NCBI GenBank assembly: GCA_964234715.1
Contig: OZ174278.1
Strand: one strand, 5' to 3'
Source: Podarcis melisellensis
Taxonomy: Eukaryota
DNA: 64,000 bases
A program made the position numbers and the translations under genes. A model generated the notes under the pieces. That model saw only the letters and a program-made list of their open reading frames with translations. It was not told where the DNA came from and ran no database searches. Position 1 is the first letter of the stretch, and each line of letters opens with the position of its first letter. Of the stretch, positions 38,541-50,039 are shown in pieces.

Positions 38541-41209
38541 TTGACCGGAAGATTCAGGGGTTTAACCTCCTTCTCAGAGTCTCCAGCAGAAAGGTCAAGG
38601 GGGCAGCCATGTCCTCCCCGTCAACTCCCTCTGGGAACGATGGCATGTCATCAAGTCCTCTTGTTCCCAGAGGCACTTGCTATAACATCGTTTTGAACAT
38701 GTGTGGTGGTGGCGGCAGCACTAGCTAGGCACTTGTAGGCCACTGCAGTTGCTTTTGAAGGCAACCAGGAAGACAGAGTTGGAGAAGGATCCCTCAGGTC
38801 ACTTTGCAACCCATTAAAGGATTGTGCACATTTCTCCTGTTAATCTGTATGCAAAGAAGGTAAATCTACTTTTAGCCCTGTCCCATCCTGAACCAGGATG
38901 TGCTGGATTTTGCTCCTGGTGACATCCTACTGGGTTTCATGGGCATTTAGTGACAAATTGCTTGTTGTTTTTATTCCCACTGTATTTTTATTTGCTCTAG
39001 TGTTTCTAGTGTTTTATGTAGACACTCTACATTTTAACTTGACACTTGCTCTGAAATTGTTCACAACGAAGAGTGTGGTTGATGAGCTTTTCGTAAAGGA
39101 ATAATAAATATATAAATCAGCAGAAAATTCTACCACGAAAGTGCAACCCCAGGCACGATTCCAAGGGGTTTCAGCTCCATCAAGCTCAGTGGGGCTTTCT
39201 TTACATGCTGATGACTGCACTACACATTAGCCTGGTTGCTAAATTTCGGGTCATCACATCACACTCACACTGGGGTGCATCTGGGGCACATTTCAGTTAT
39301 ATTAGAATCAGAATTGGCAGGCTATGAAGCAGGCCTTAAGGAACAGTGCTGGGGAGACGCTCTCCCCAAAATGTCTGCTTCTGTCCTAATTGATTCCTTT
39401 GCCTAAATTCAGCCTCTGGTTACACCACCTGTTTATGTCAAGAACTCTTAACAAACTGCTTCCTCTTTTTCTCATTGCATGTACATTGCTTCCTTTCGGT
39501 TAAGTCGCCATAGTGACCCATCGTTGCTGTACCACCCTCCCACCAGATCTCCCACACGTGTTATCCCATTGGTCTACATCATTATAGAACTTAGGAAGGC
39601 TTGCTCTGATAAAATTTCAGAATGATACTTGACGAGTTCAGTTTAAACTTCCAAGGCACTCACAGAAAGAAGTAGCAAAAATTGGAAATGCACACACAAA
39701 GCAGCAAAAGTGAACAGGGGAAATTATAGTTCCGGAAATTTAAGAAAAGCAGGATTTTCCCATTCAATTACATGCATAGCTAGACCTTTAAATACACCAT
39801 TCTGAAACATATCTATACTAAAGCTTTCACTAGAGTATTTGAATACCTAACTAATACTTGGAAGTATGGAGCCCAGCTTTTCTCCCACTGAAATCCCTGC
39901 TTTCCCCTGGACACTGCTATGTGCTGCGATTTGTTCCTTGTTTTGTTTTCCGTTTCGCAGACCACAGGCACAAAATCTATCATAAGGGAAAACATGGCCT
40001 TTTCTCTCCCCGCTATCTCTGCTCCATGTCAGACCAGGTAGCGCTTATCATTTCCTCTCTACCACACACAGCAGCGTATATTCATTTCCTGCTAGCTAGC
40101 TCTAAATTACTGGCAGACATTGTTTCAGAGAGCTCTCTCTCTTTAAAGCAGCAGTAGTTGGGCTGCCCAGGGCTTCCTGTTGATGTCAGGTCCCACTTCC
40201 TCTTAAAGCAATGGAACTTCCTGTTAGCATATGTAACCTTTTCCATGAGAGCCATTTGCCTGCAGAGGAGATAAATAAATAATAAAAGAAAATAGTGGAA
40301 ATAGTAGGTAGGTTTGACTTGCCTTACATTTTCACAGGAAATCGATGGCTCCCCCCTGTTAAGGGAAAATGATAATATATCCAGAACAGAACAGCTATAT
40401 CTCTGTGATACCCGTGCTTACGAGTGATTTCCTGTGATGCAGAGTCTACATCAAAGACTGGTTATAGTCATTGATTTCTCACTATTACAGAATGCAGGAA
40501 TTACAGAGTTGCCAGTCAAAGGGTTAGTGTTACTTGTATGTAAATGTTTTTTTTTACTAGCATGACTAATTCTCTGGTGGTTCCCAATTAGCCCTTGTTT
40601 TTCAAAAGCCAAGCCATAGGCCCTCTACTTTTGAATATTTTGATATCTCTGTGGTAGTTTTTGTTATGTGAATGGTGCAACAGACACCTGGGAGGGTTAC
40701 CAATGGGGAACCACTGTTATAGAGTATTGGCGGAGAATCTGTGCCCCCCCCAGTTACTGTTGGGTTACAGTTCCCATCACTCCTGATCATTGGTCATACT
40801 GACTAAGGGCTGATGGGAGTTGGAGTCCAAGGATATCTGGAAGGCCATAGGTTATCTGACCATTCTAGAGGCTTCCAGTTAATTCTGTGGCTTTAAAAGT
40901 ACATGCACAGTTCTTCAGGGAGCAAGGCCACACATTGCCATGCTATTAGAGTCCATGTTGCCACGTTGAAAAGGGTGTAGAATAACGTTCACCTACACAT
41001 TTTTGCATCTGCAATAGCAATATTTCAGAAATCTCAAAGCATGTGAAATGTGATTCTATGGCTTTACACTTTTGGAACAATTCAGGATTCTCCATTTTTT
41101 GCACAGAAGTGGGAAAAGTGGGATGAGTGTATATACACACCATTTTCAAAGGGCTTTGAGCCCTTTGAAAAAACTAAGGTCTGCCGCAATCCCAATATGC
41201 AACTGCGAA

Positions 41210-41790
41210 TTTAGTTGGTAAAACACCAGAAGAATCCAAAGTCATTACAGAAGCACATATCCAGCATCTAGGTCCCATCAGAATAAAGAGATGGCTTTAA
41301 GCTGTTAAAACAATTGACGTGACCTGTTCAAGCAAGCAGGCCCAACAGAAATTCCAAATGACTAATGGTCTATCCCAGCCTGGGGAAAGCGAGAGTATGC
41401 AATTACTGGTGATAGGGCTACTGCTGATTTCATGAACAAAAGCGGACAAGGAAATCAATCATGAAGTGCAAGGTAAATTGAGAGAGGCAATTGGGATGCC
41501 AAGTGTGGATGCAAACGATACATCAATCTTCACACTAACTGAATTAGAAGTGGTTCTGAAGGCTTCTAAGGCTGAAAAGGCACAAGCACTTGATAAAACC
41601 CATTGCAAGTTTCTTCATCATCTTCGGCCCCATGTCAAAATGCACCACATTTCTTTAGCTTCCCTAACAGGTGCTTGAAGTACTGTATTACTCCTGATAT
41701 ATGGTAGAAAGGTAAAATTGACTGCAGTACTCCAACCTGGCTAGACTTTAAATGACGCACAAAGTTATTATCCAGTTGTTCTATTACATT
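41210..41790 (+). mobile_element. Degenerate Vingi/Ingi-like LINE RT fragment
   Basis: FTLTELEVVLKASKAEKAQALDKTHCKFLHHL...TPDIW*KGKI..VLQPG...AQSYYPVVLL resembles non-LTR RT domains 0-1 (K.PG.D.I..E.LKHL; W...K......KPGKD....SYRPISLL). Contains stops and frameshifts. Confidence 0.6.
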
Positions 41791-42048
41791 GGTTGAAAAC
41801 TTAAGAGCAGAAGCATTTTCACAGCTTGCCACACATCTCCACCAACATCTAATTTCCCCCTTACTTTGGTGAGGCTTGGGACACCGACACCAGGCATCTA
41901 AGCCAGAGGACCTGAAGCTATTTTTATTTATTAATTCTACATACATACACCTAAATCCCACCTCTCCTCCAAGCAACTCAAGGTGGCGTACATAGTTCTT
42001 CTCACCCCCTTTTTTATCCCCAAAACAAGCCTAACTATCATCTAAGCC

Positions 42049-42170
42049 AGTGTTTCCCAAACTTGGGTCTCCAGCTGTTTTAGGACTACAACCCCTGACC
42101 GCTGGTCTTGCTAGCTAGGGATGATGGGAGTTATAAAAAACAGTTGGCAATCCAAGTTTGGGAAATACTG
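42049..42170. mobile_element. Short palindromic MITE (related pieces at ~495-600, 25790-25900, 28290-28368, 40740-40860)
   Basis: TIR cagtgtttcccaaacttgg / ccaagtttgggaaatactg. Confidence 0.75.
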
Positions 42171-42199
42171 AATTCTAAAGCTTTTGGAGAGACCGAATT

Positions 42200-42626
42200 C
42201 AGGCCCGTCTCAGAGGTATGTGCCTATCTGTTCAGGCACCGGCCGAATTCCTTAGACCTCCCTCCGGCGACTCCCGGCAGGAATAAACATACTCGAGGTC
42301 CGTTCCGGCGATTTTCCTCAGGCTGTGAGGAAAACACACCAACTGCTTCTCCTCCTCCCTGCTCCCTGCATGTCCCCAGGGAGGGGAATCAGACACAGAC
42401 AGTAAACGTATCTACATGTCTTTATTTGTGTCTTTTAGCAGTCATACAGTAAAGATGTCTGCTCTCTTCAACAAAACAGAGAGAAACTCCGACTCCACCC
42501 ATGTACATCCTGTACAGGTCATATGACACACACACTGAGCTAACATCCGGTGCTCAGTACAGAATGGACTGCCCCTTTGTTCCCATGGCAACAGTCACAA
42601 ACTTCCTGTTTGGCTTTCCAGCCACA
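42200..42626 (-). mobile_element. Possible LTR remnant
   Basis: CpG-containing block that starts TGTGG on minus, with AATAAA on minus near 42421-42426. No TSD found. Confidence 0.3.
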
Positions 42627-42814
42627 AGCAGCAGACTTGGCTGCTATAGCCTTTGCTTGCTGCCGCATTGCTGCTTTAGAATAACACTATGGTTATTATA
42701 AGCAGGTCCTAAAAAAGAGTGATGCCAACATGGAAGAGTCACCTATTATTTCACCTATTACTGATGTTCAGGCTGTGAGTGCTGTATCTTATCTATCCAG
42801 CACGGCACCACCCA

Positions 42815-43400
42815 GTAGGGTTGGGGGAGTGATGTGAATCAGTTTGCATTTGCAGGCAAATCTACCTCATTTGCACTTTTCAAAAGAATATAAGAACCAA
42901 AACATGGCATCCTTTGAAATTTGCACTTCCCCGAATTTTGCAGAGCAGTTCTCCAGCCAAGTGACATGTACAAAAATGCACGCATTGGGGTTAAACTGTG
43001 CATAGATTGAATATATCTGTGAAAGTAATATACGGAACTGCAATATTTCGCTTTGTGAAAATTGCATATTAGGCCAAGTTGCATATGAACATATGCATAT
43101 TAGGAGAATCTGTACAAGAATGCTGATGAATCATAGAAAAGTTGGAAGAGACCCTGAGGATCACGCAGTCCAGCCCACTGCAATGAAGGAATATACAGAC
43201 ATCCCATACAGGGACTGAACCTGCAACCCTGGCATTATCAGCACCATGCTCTAACCAACTCAGCTGTCCAGGCTCCTGGTTAAAAAAAATTGCTTTAAAA
43301 AATGCAAACTGATGTGGAAATATGGATAACTGAACTAAAGACTGGAAAAATGAGAAACTGAGCAAAACAGAAATAGACAGATTCATCCATCGCTGCCCGC
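42815..43400. mobile_element. hAT-like non-autonomous element interrupted by a tRNA-Ile SINE
   Basis: Similar to 38130-38540 and 8655-9220. Confidence 0.55.
43129..43269 (-). mobile_element. SINE with tRNA-Ile-derived head and CR1-type tail
   Basis: Minus strand agctgagttggttagagcatggtgctGATaatgccagggttgcaggttcagtccctgtatgg resembles tRNA-Ile(AAT) agctcagttggttagagcgtggtgctaataacgccaaggtcgcgggttcgatccccgtacgg. The shared tail follows. Confidence 0.75.
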
Positions 43401-44869
43401 TATCCACAAGAGGGTGGGATCAGCAGACTTGGGGGAGCCCCAAGGTTTGCAGATGTATGGCACATCTTTAGAGAGGGAAACCTAAGTGGAGAGGGAACCT
43501 CAAAAACTGCCAGTGGTGACTGAGCTTGCCTAGTAGCCCTGGAATGCTGATTGACTGTTGGAAGAGAAAAGGTGGAGGAGGAACTCAAAGAGAGTGGCTG
43601 GAAACCTGAAGAACAGTTCCCCCTGATGCTGCAGGTTCTATTGTTGTTGTTTTTTCCATTCCTCAAACCAGACACTGTGAAACAAAGACATGTCTGGTGC
43701 CAAACTTCAATAGGTCCTTGGCATGGTGCTACAGATGCCTCTCTAGACCTCTGGTCCTCTGCTACGGCTTGTCACACACTTCTTTGAGATGTATTTATCT
43801 GGTTGGCAGCTGTGATGGCGTTGTTTGAATGGGAGCCAGGCCTTTGCTTTGATCTGTTTTGAGCTGTCATCATCTTAGATTGCCCAAACTGCTGTGCTTG
43901 GGGCTAGGCACGGCATTTTAGGCAACCTAAGAAGGAACTGCCTACAGCAGAGCCCGCCAGCAGCTCAGTTCCCATCCCAAAGCTATGTGGTTGCCTGTCC
44001 AACAGGATAAGGTGAGTGACTTCAACCCTCAAGATCCCCAGGTAGCACTGCTGCTTGCTGCCACTGCCAGTCACTCAGCTGCTATGCCTTGAAGTGAGGG
44101 TAGTGGTGCTTTTGGATGGGAGGAAACAAAGCCACCACTCAGCTCTGATGGGTGAATGGCTGGTGGTAGCAAGCAGCAGCACATGGTATGGTCACAATGG
44201 CCTTTGCAATGCCAGGTGGTGGTCCACAGTGTTTGGGTGAGTGGGGCTGGACTTGACTGCTCAACTACCCCAGGGCCTCACCTGATGTCTCCTTCCAAGT
44301 CCCAGGAACATCAACATGTGCCCAATCATGCCAGCTTTTGATGCCAAGGCTGAAGACAAACTTCAGCAAGAGAGAGATCTACTAAGTCAATAAATCTATG
44401 TACAATAGGCAGGACTTATGCGTCAACACTACAAAAAAGCAACTAGAGATAAACAACAGGGAGTGGAATCACCTTCATTGCTTTTAAGCTTCCAGGGGTT
44501 TTTAAGCTTCTTGTTGGTTACTATTAGAAACAGAATGCTGAACTCAATGAACTGTATATGCTTCAGCAAAGCAACTCTTAATTTTTGCCAGGCTGCCAAC
44601 TCAGGAACCTTTTAAACTATGACATTACAAGCGCTGATTTGCCCTTCTCGGCAGGAGATGCATTACTATGCTTATCAAGCAAAACTGTGAGACAGAAAGC
44701 CCACTAGATGCTGTGCAAGGGGTTTATGAGTTTCTAACTCTACCAATCTGCTAGTAAATTGCTCTAACAGACCCGGCATTTGACAACAATGGATTTACAT
44801 TGGCTCATAGAGCTGGATCATTATTTTATGTAACAACCATATTCTCCATCCAGCTTTCCAACCACACCT

Positions 44870-45007
44870 AATCCTAGAATTGTAAAGTTGGAAGGGACCA
44901 CAAGTACCATCTAGTCCAACCCCGTTCACTGCAGGAATCTTTTGCCCAATGTGGGCTCAAACTCACAACCCTGAGATTAAGAGTCTCATGTTCAACCAAC
45001 TGAATTA
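44870..45007 (-). mobile_element. tRNA-Lys(CTT)/CR1-tail SINE, copy 3
   Basis: Same layout as 7717-7859. Confidence 0.8.
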
Positions 45008-45295
45008 TCCCTCATCGTGAAAGCAATATGATAAAAGTATATGAAACACATACAATTGCTTGGTTCATACATAACAGGAAATGATGGCTTCCCACTATGA
45101 GAACAGCCATGGTGAGGCTTCAGGCTTGCTGGCTCCTCTCTTCTTTCATGATGCAGACAAGCTTTTGGTTTCAAACTATCCACAGTTGCCCACAACATCT
45201 GAGCTTGAAGAACTGTGGATTGTTTAATCAATGCTTTCAGAACAAGCTAAGATCTGAAACCATGGTTTCATGTTTACTTGTTCTCAAGAGAACTA

Positions 45296-45548
45296 GGTAA
45301 AGGTAAAAGACCCCTGGATGGTTAAGTCCAGTCAAAGGCAACTATGGGGTACGGCATGATCTCGCTTCAGGCTGAGGGAGCCGGCTTTTGTCCACAGTCC
45401 GCTTTCCGGGTCATGTGGCCAGCATGACTAAAATGCTTCTGGCACAACAAAACACCGTGACAGAAGCCAGAGCACACAGAAATGCTATTTACCTTCCCGC
45501 CACAGCAGTACATATTTATCTACTTGCACTGGTATGCTTTTGAACTGC
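45296..45548 (-). mobile_element. 5'-truncated Sauria SINE
   Basis: Reverse complement of the body and ACCTTT tail seen at 21491-21739. Confidence 0.85.
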
Positions 45549-48500
45549 TTTTTGAACCATAGTTTTAAACTATGGTTAGTTTAAACTGAATGCAAAAGCT
45601 TTCAATCTTCTTGTAGAATTGGGAGGCAGGGGATAATCCTGCCATTGCTCATTCATATCAGAAAACCAAGGTTTCCCATAACATCTAGGCAGAATCAATG
45701 TCTCATTGCTTCTAGTAGGTACCAACGACTTTATTACAAAGCTAAAAGAGGATCTCTCTCTCTCATATAACTTTTGAAAACATTAATTTCCATTCTGCAT
45801 GAAGCTATGGCAAAATTTCATTTGCCAGGGTTACCACTGGCCAGATCAAAATTCTTCACTGGAAAAATCACATTCATAGGCAGCCAGCTACCCATCCCTA
45901 TCTTTTCATTATTTTGGCACCTCCAATTATTATTTTTTAAAATTCAGGATGACTATAAAATCTTACTGATATATAGATATAGAAATTATAAATGCTGGAA
46001 AAACAAAAATAATTTGTAACCATTTTGAGGAGAATTTTAAAAAGAAGCTAAATTAGTCTGCTCTCTAACATGATGCCAACTACTGTAAACAGTCGTCAGC
46101 GCTCATCATAGCTCTGGTAAAGAGCACATCATGTCGATCTTTAGCACAGACAATAACATAGTCTAAGAGGTGCCAGTGGTTTGACCGAGGATGCCTCCAT
46201 GAAGTTTTTAATTTATTTTTCTGTTGAAAGGGTGTGTTGGTAATAGCAAGGTTGTGCGCTGCACATATCATCAAAAGTAAGATTCCGTTCTGGTTGCTGT
46301 TGCCAATTCCTTCTTTCCCAATAGTCCCAGGCCACAGCCTGAAATCTCACCCAACTTTTGCATTAAAATCACCCAGGAGGATAATTTTAAATTCCTTAGG
46401 CGTCTCTGATAGGACGGTATCCAGCTGAGAGTAATATTTTTCTTTAATGTCTACACACCTCAACACAGGCTTCAAGGAAGGAAACCAAGGTGCAAAATGA
46501 ACACTCAAGCCCTTCAAGATCCCATTAAGTGGGATTGCTTCCAAACGACTCTTAAGGACCATCTGCTTTCAGAATTCCCTGATAACATAGAGGAACACTG
46601 GGCCAAGCTAAAAACATCCATTATTGCAGCCTGTGAACAAACTATTGGATACCAAACCAAGAAACACCAGGACTGGTTTGATGAGAATGACAGTGAGATT
46701 GAACGCATGATTGACAAGAAAAGGAAGGCCTTTTAGATCTGGCAAAGAGATAGAAACTGTGCCACTAAGAAAAAACCTATGCTAATGCTAAGGCTGAAGT
46801 TCAAAGAAGAACCAGAGAACTAAAAAACACCTGGTGGATTAAAAAAGCTCAAGAGATCCAGCACTTAGCCGACACTCATGATGCACAGAGTTTCTTTAAA
46901 GCCACAAATGAGCCAATAAATCATTGCATATGTCCCCTACGCTCAGCAGATGGTACCACACTTCTAAAAGTTAAAGAAGCTATTGCACTGCACTGGAAAG
47001 AACACAACCAACATCTCCTTAGCCACAACTCCCCCGTAATTGCTGAGGTCCTCTCACAAATTCTGCAAAAACAAGTTAGAGATGAGCTTGCAGTATCTCC
47101 AAATCTGGGAGAGTTGTGTACAGCGATTAACCAAATGAAAAACAACAAAGCCAGTGAACCTGATGGGATACCTGCCGAAATCTTCAAAGTGGGTGGAATT
47201 GAACTTACACAACAACTTCACAAGCTCATCAAAAAAATCTGGGAAAGAGAAGCGATCCCAGAAGACCTTAGGGATGCCAAAATTATCAATCTCTTTTAAA
47301 AAGGTGACAGAACTGATTGCTGAAACTATCAAGGCATCTCTCTATTAGCAGCGGCCGGCAAAATTCTTGCAAGAATCTTAGCAAACCATCTCTTAACAAT
47401 ATCCAAGGTGACCCTTCCTGAATCCCAAAATGGTTTTCGGCCTTCTAGGAGGATAGTGGACATTATTTTCACCGCTCGACAGATTCAGGAAAAATGCAGA
47501 GAGCAAAACCAACCTCTGTATATGGCGTTTATCAACCTGACTAAGGCTTTCGACACTGTAAATTGTAATGCCCTGTGAACTATCCTTCTGAAAATTGGCT
47601 GCCCAAATAATTTTTTAAACATCATTCGGCTCCTCCATGATAATATGACAGCAACAATCACAGATAACAATGGCTCTCAAAGTGAACCATTCACAGTGTG
47701 ATCAGGTGTTAAACAGGGTTGTGTTATTGCCCCAACTCTATTCATTATTTTCATTGCCATGATCCTACACTTTGTTGAAGGGAAACTCCCCACTGGGGTA
47801 GAAATCGTATATCGAACAGATGGAAGCTCTTCAGTCTAAGCAGGCCGAAAGCAAAGAGTAAGGTTACCGTAACTTCCATCATAGAGCTCCAGTATGCTGA
47901 TGACAACGTAGTGTGTGCACGCTCAGAGGATGACCTTCAAAACATCCTAAATATCTTTGCAGAAGCTTACGAAAAGGTTGGCCTGTTGCTCAACATCTAA
48001 AAAACCGAAGTGCTGCACCTGCAAGTACAAAATAACCCCTCTGCAGTGCCACAAATCCAACTCAATGGTGTAATGTTGGAAAATGTCAATCACTTCTCCT
48101 ACCTAGGCAGTTATCTTTCCACAAGGGTCAACATTAATGCTGAAATCCATTAATGCTGAAAATTACGAGACTTCCGGTTTGGATCGCCACCGGGAAGGGA
48201 GCGCGGAGAAATCTCTCCGAACTACATGGGGACTTTGAGGGGCGACGCATAGGCACTGCGACCCCTAATTAATCTCAAGGGGGGCCCCCTTGAGAGAAGC
48301 GCAACCAACGGCGTCGGAGTGATCCGCAAGCTTTTGGAGGTTTTTTTCTCTCCATTTTTTGGGGAGGAAGACTCGGAGGCAGCGGATCGAGAGACGCGCA
48401 TCGGCAAGGCCTGCGAACCCCATGCAGTTATGCCTCAAGCTCCCACCGAAGTTGAGCGACAAATTTCTGCAACCTTAAAATCTGACGTCCTTGATACCAT

Positions 48501-50039
48501 ATGATAACCGAAGAGACAAAAATTTGAACGAAAAGGTTCAAGGAACGAAGGATGCAAATGGATTTTGTTGAAAGAGCCTGACTTGATCCCTGGATTTAAG
48601 ATGGCGCTGGACACTAAATCGTAAGTTCTGAAATAAAGAGACTTAGTCACTTACCTGCTGTAGCGAGAGAGAAGTGAAGTCCTTGCTAGCGGTACTGCAA
48701 GGCAGCGGACAATCGATAGAAAATTCGGGACAAAGAGTAAGCTTTTAGAGACTTTGTATCATTTGGGCAGTTGCGATAAGAACAGGAGGGGCTTGGAAAA
48801 GACGGAACGGAGGTTCAAACTAGATCGGAGGTCCAAACTAGATCGGGAGACAGGAGGGGAGAGGAGAAAGAAAACTAGAAGGGAAGCACTTCACCTCCCC
48901 CCCGTCACGGCTGGGTCTGAAACAACTAAAGACCCACAAACCCCCTCCTCTTTTAGCCTTTGGAATCTGCCGCCTCCCGCTAGTGACTAGCAACGGGAGA
49001 GAATATCTGCGGAAGATTGCGTCCCTACGGCCAGCGGGCAGTACATCCATTCTCCTTTTCTTTCTTTCTTACTTGCAACAGCGAGACGGGACACACTCTT
49101 TATAACAGTAGGATCGGACATATTTTATACTATTTGGGGAAGCCCGGAAAGATATAATTGGAGATCTGGGAATCCCACGGGAACGGTAGAAACGCGAGGA
49201 CACTACAAGCGAGGGGCCTGCTCCCTTGGCCCTCTGCTGGAAGAATATAGAATTGCGTCCCAAAGCCGTAGAGAAAGAAGGCAGAGAAAGAGGGTCGAGA
49301 AATCTCTCGCAGTAACGAACTCCTTTCTACACTCCCTGCGGATCAACCCCGGAATACAAAGAGACAGAACTATTTTTTACCTTCTGTGAGCTTGTTGTTT
49401 CCGCGCCCTCCTTTGCTCCCCCCCCATTTTGATTGCCTCCTCCCCTTGTGACATCCCTTGTCCTCCCCCCCTTCTTTTGCCCCTTTGCCCTTTCTCCCGC
49501 TTCCTTCCCCTTGCCGCACCCCCCCAGCCCTCTTTCCCAATCACTACTTCTGACTTCAGTAGGAAGACAACAGATGGCTTCTCCCTGACAAAGCCCTCTG
49601 ATATATAAAAACGGATTAGGCCAGACAAGTGGCTGAAGACTTATCATCAAAAAAAAGAAGAAATAACTGGTACCTAGTTGAAATTTAGAGAATTGGAGCA
49701 ACATAATAGAGTCCGGTCTTTGAACATATCCACTCCCCCCCCCTATATAATTTCTAGGAAATCTCCACGACACGGTCCCCTTACTCACTTAGGGGTTTCA
49801 CCCCTTTCCATCAAACTCCTCTTTCTTTTCCCCCGAGCATCCCCCCCATTTTACCTGCCCGTCCCTACAACTCCCTTCTGAAGAAGTATTGGTTATAACT
49901 GCTAAAGGGGCGGTGGTGAAGTGTGATCGCCTGAATAATTAAGTGGTTTTTATAAGAGTGTACGCCCTTTATGGGAGAGCTATAAAAACGTAAATTTACT
50001 TTGTTTGTAAATATAGGAAGGGGAGGATGGCAGGAAAGG

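Noticed and set aside
49327-49788. 153-aa antisense ORF as an ORF0 analogue
   Set aside because: It starts with GTG, has low-complexity Gly/Lys content explained by the C-rich tract, and shows no recognisable homology. It cannot be supported without family conservation.
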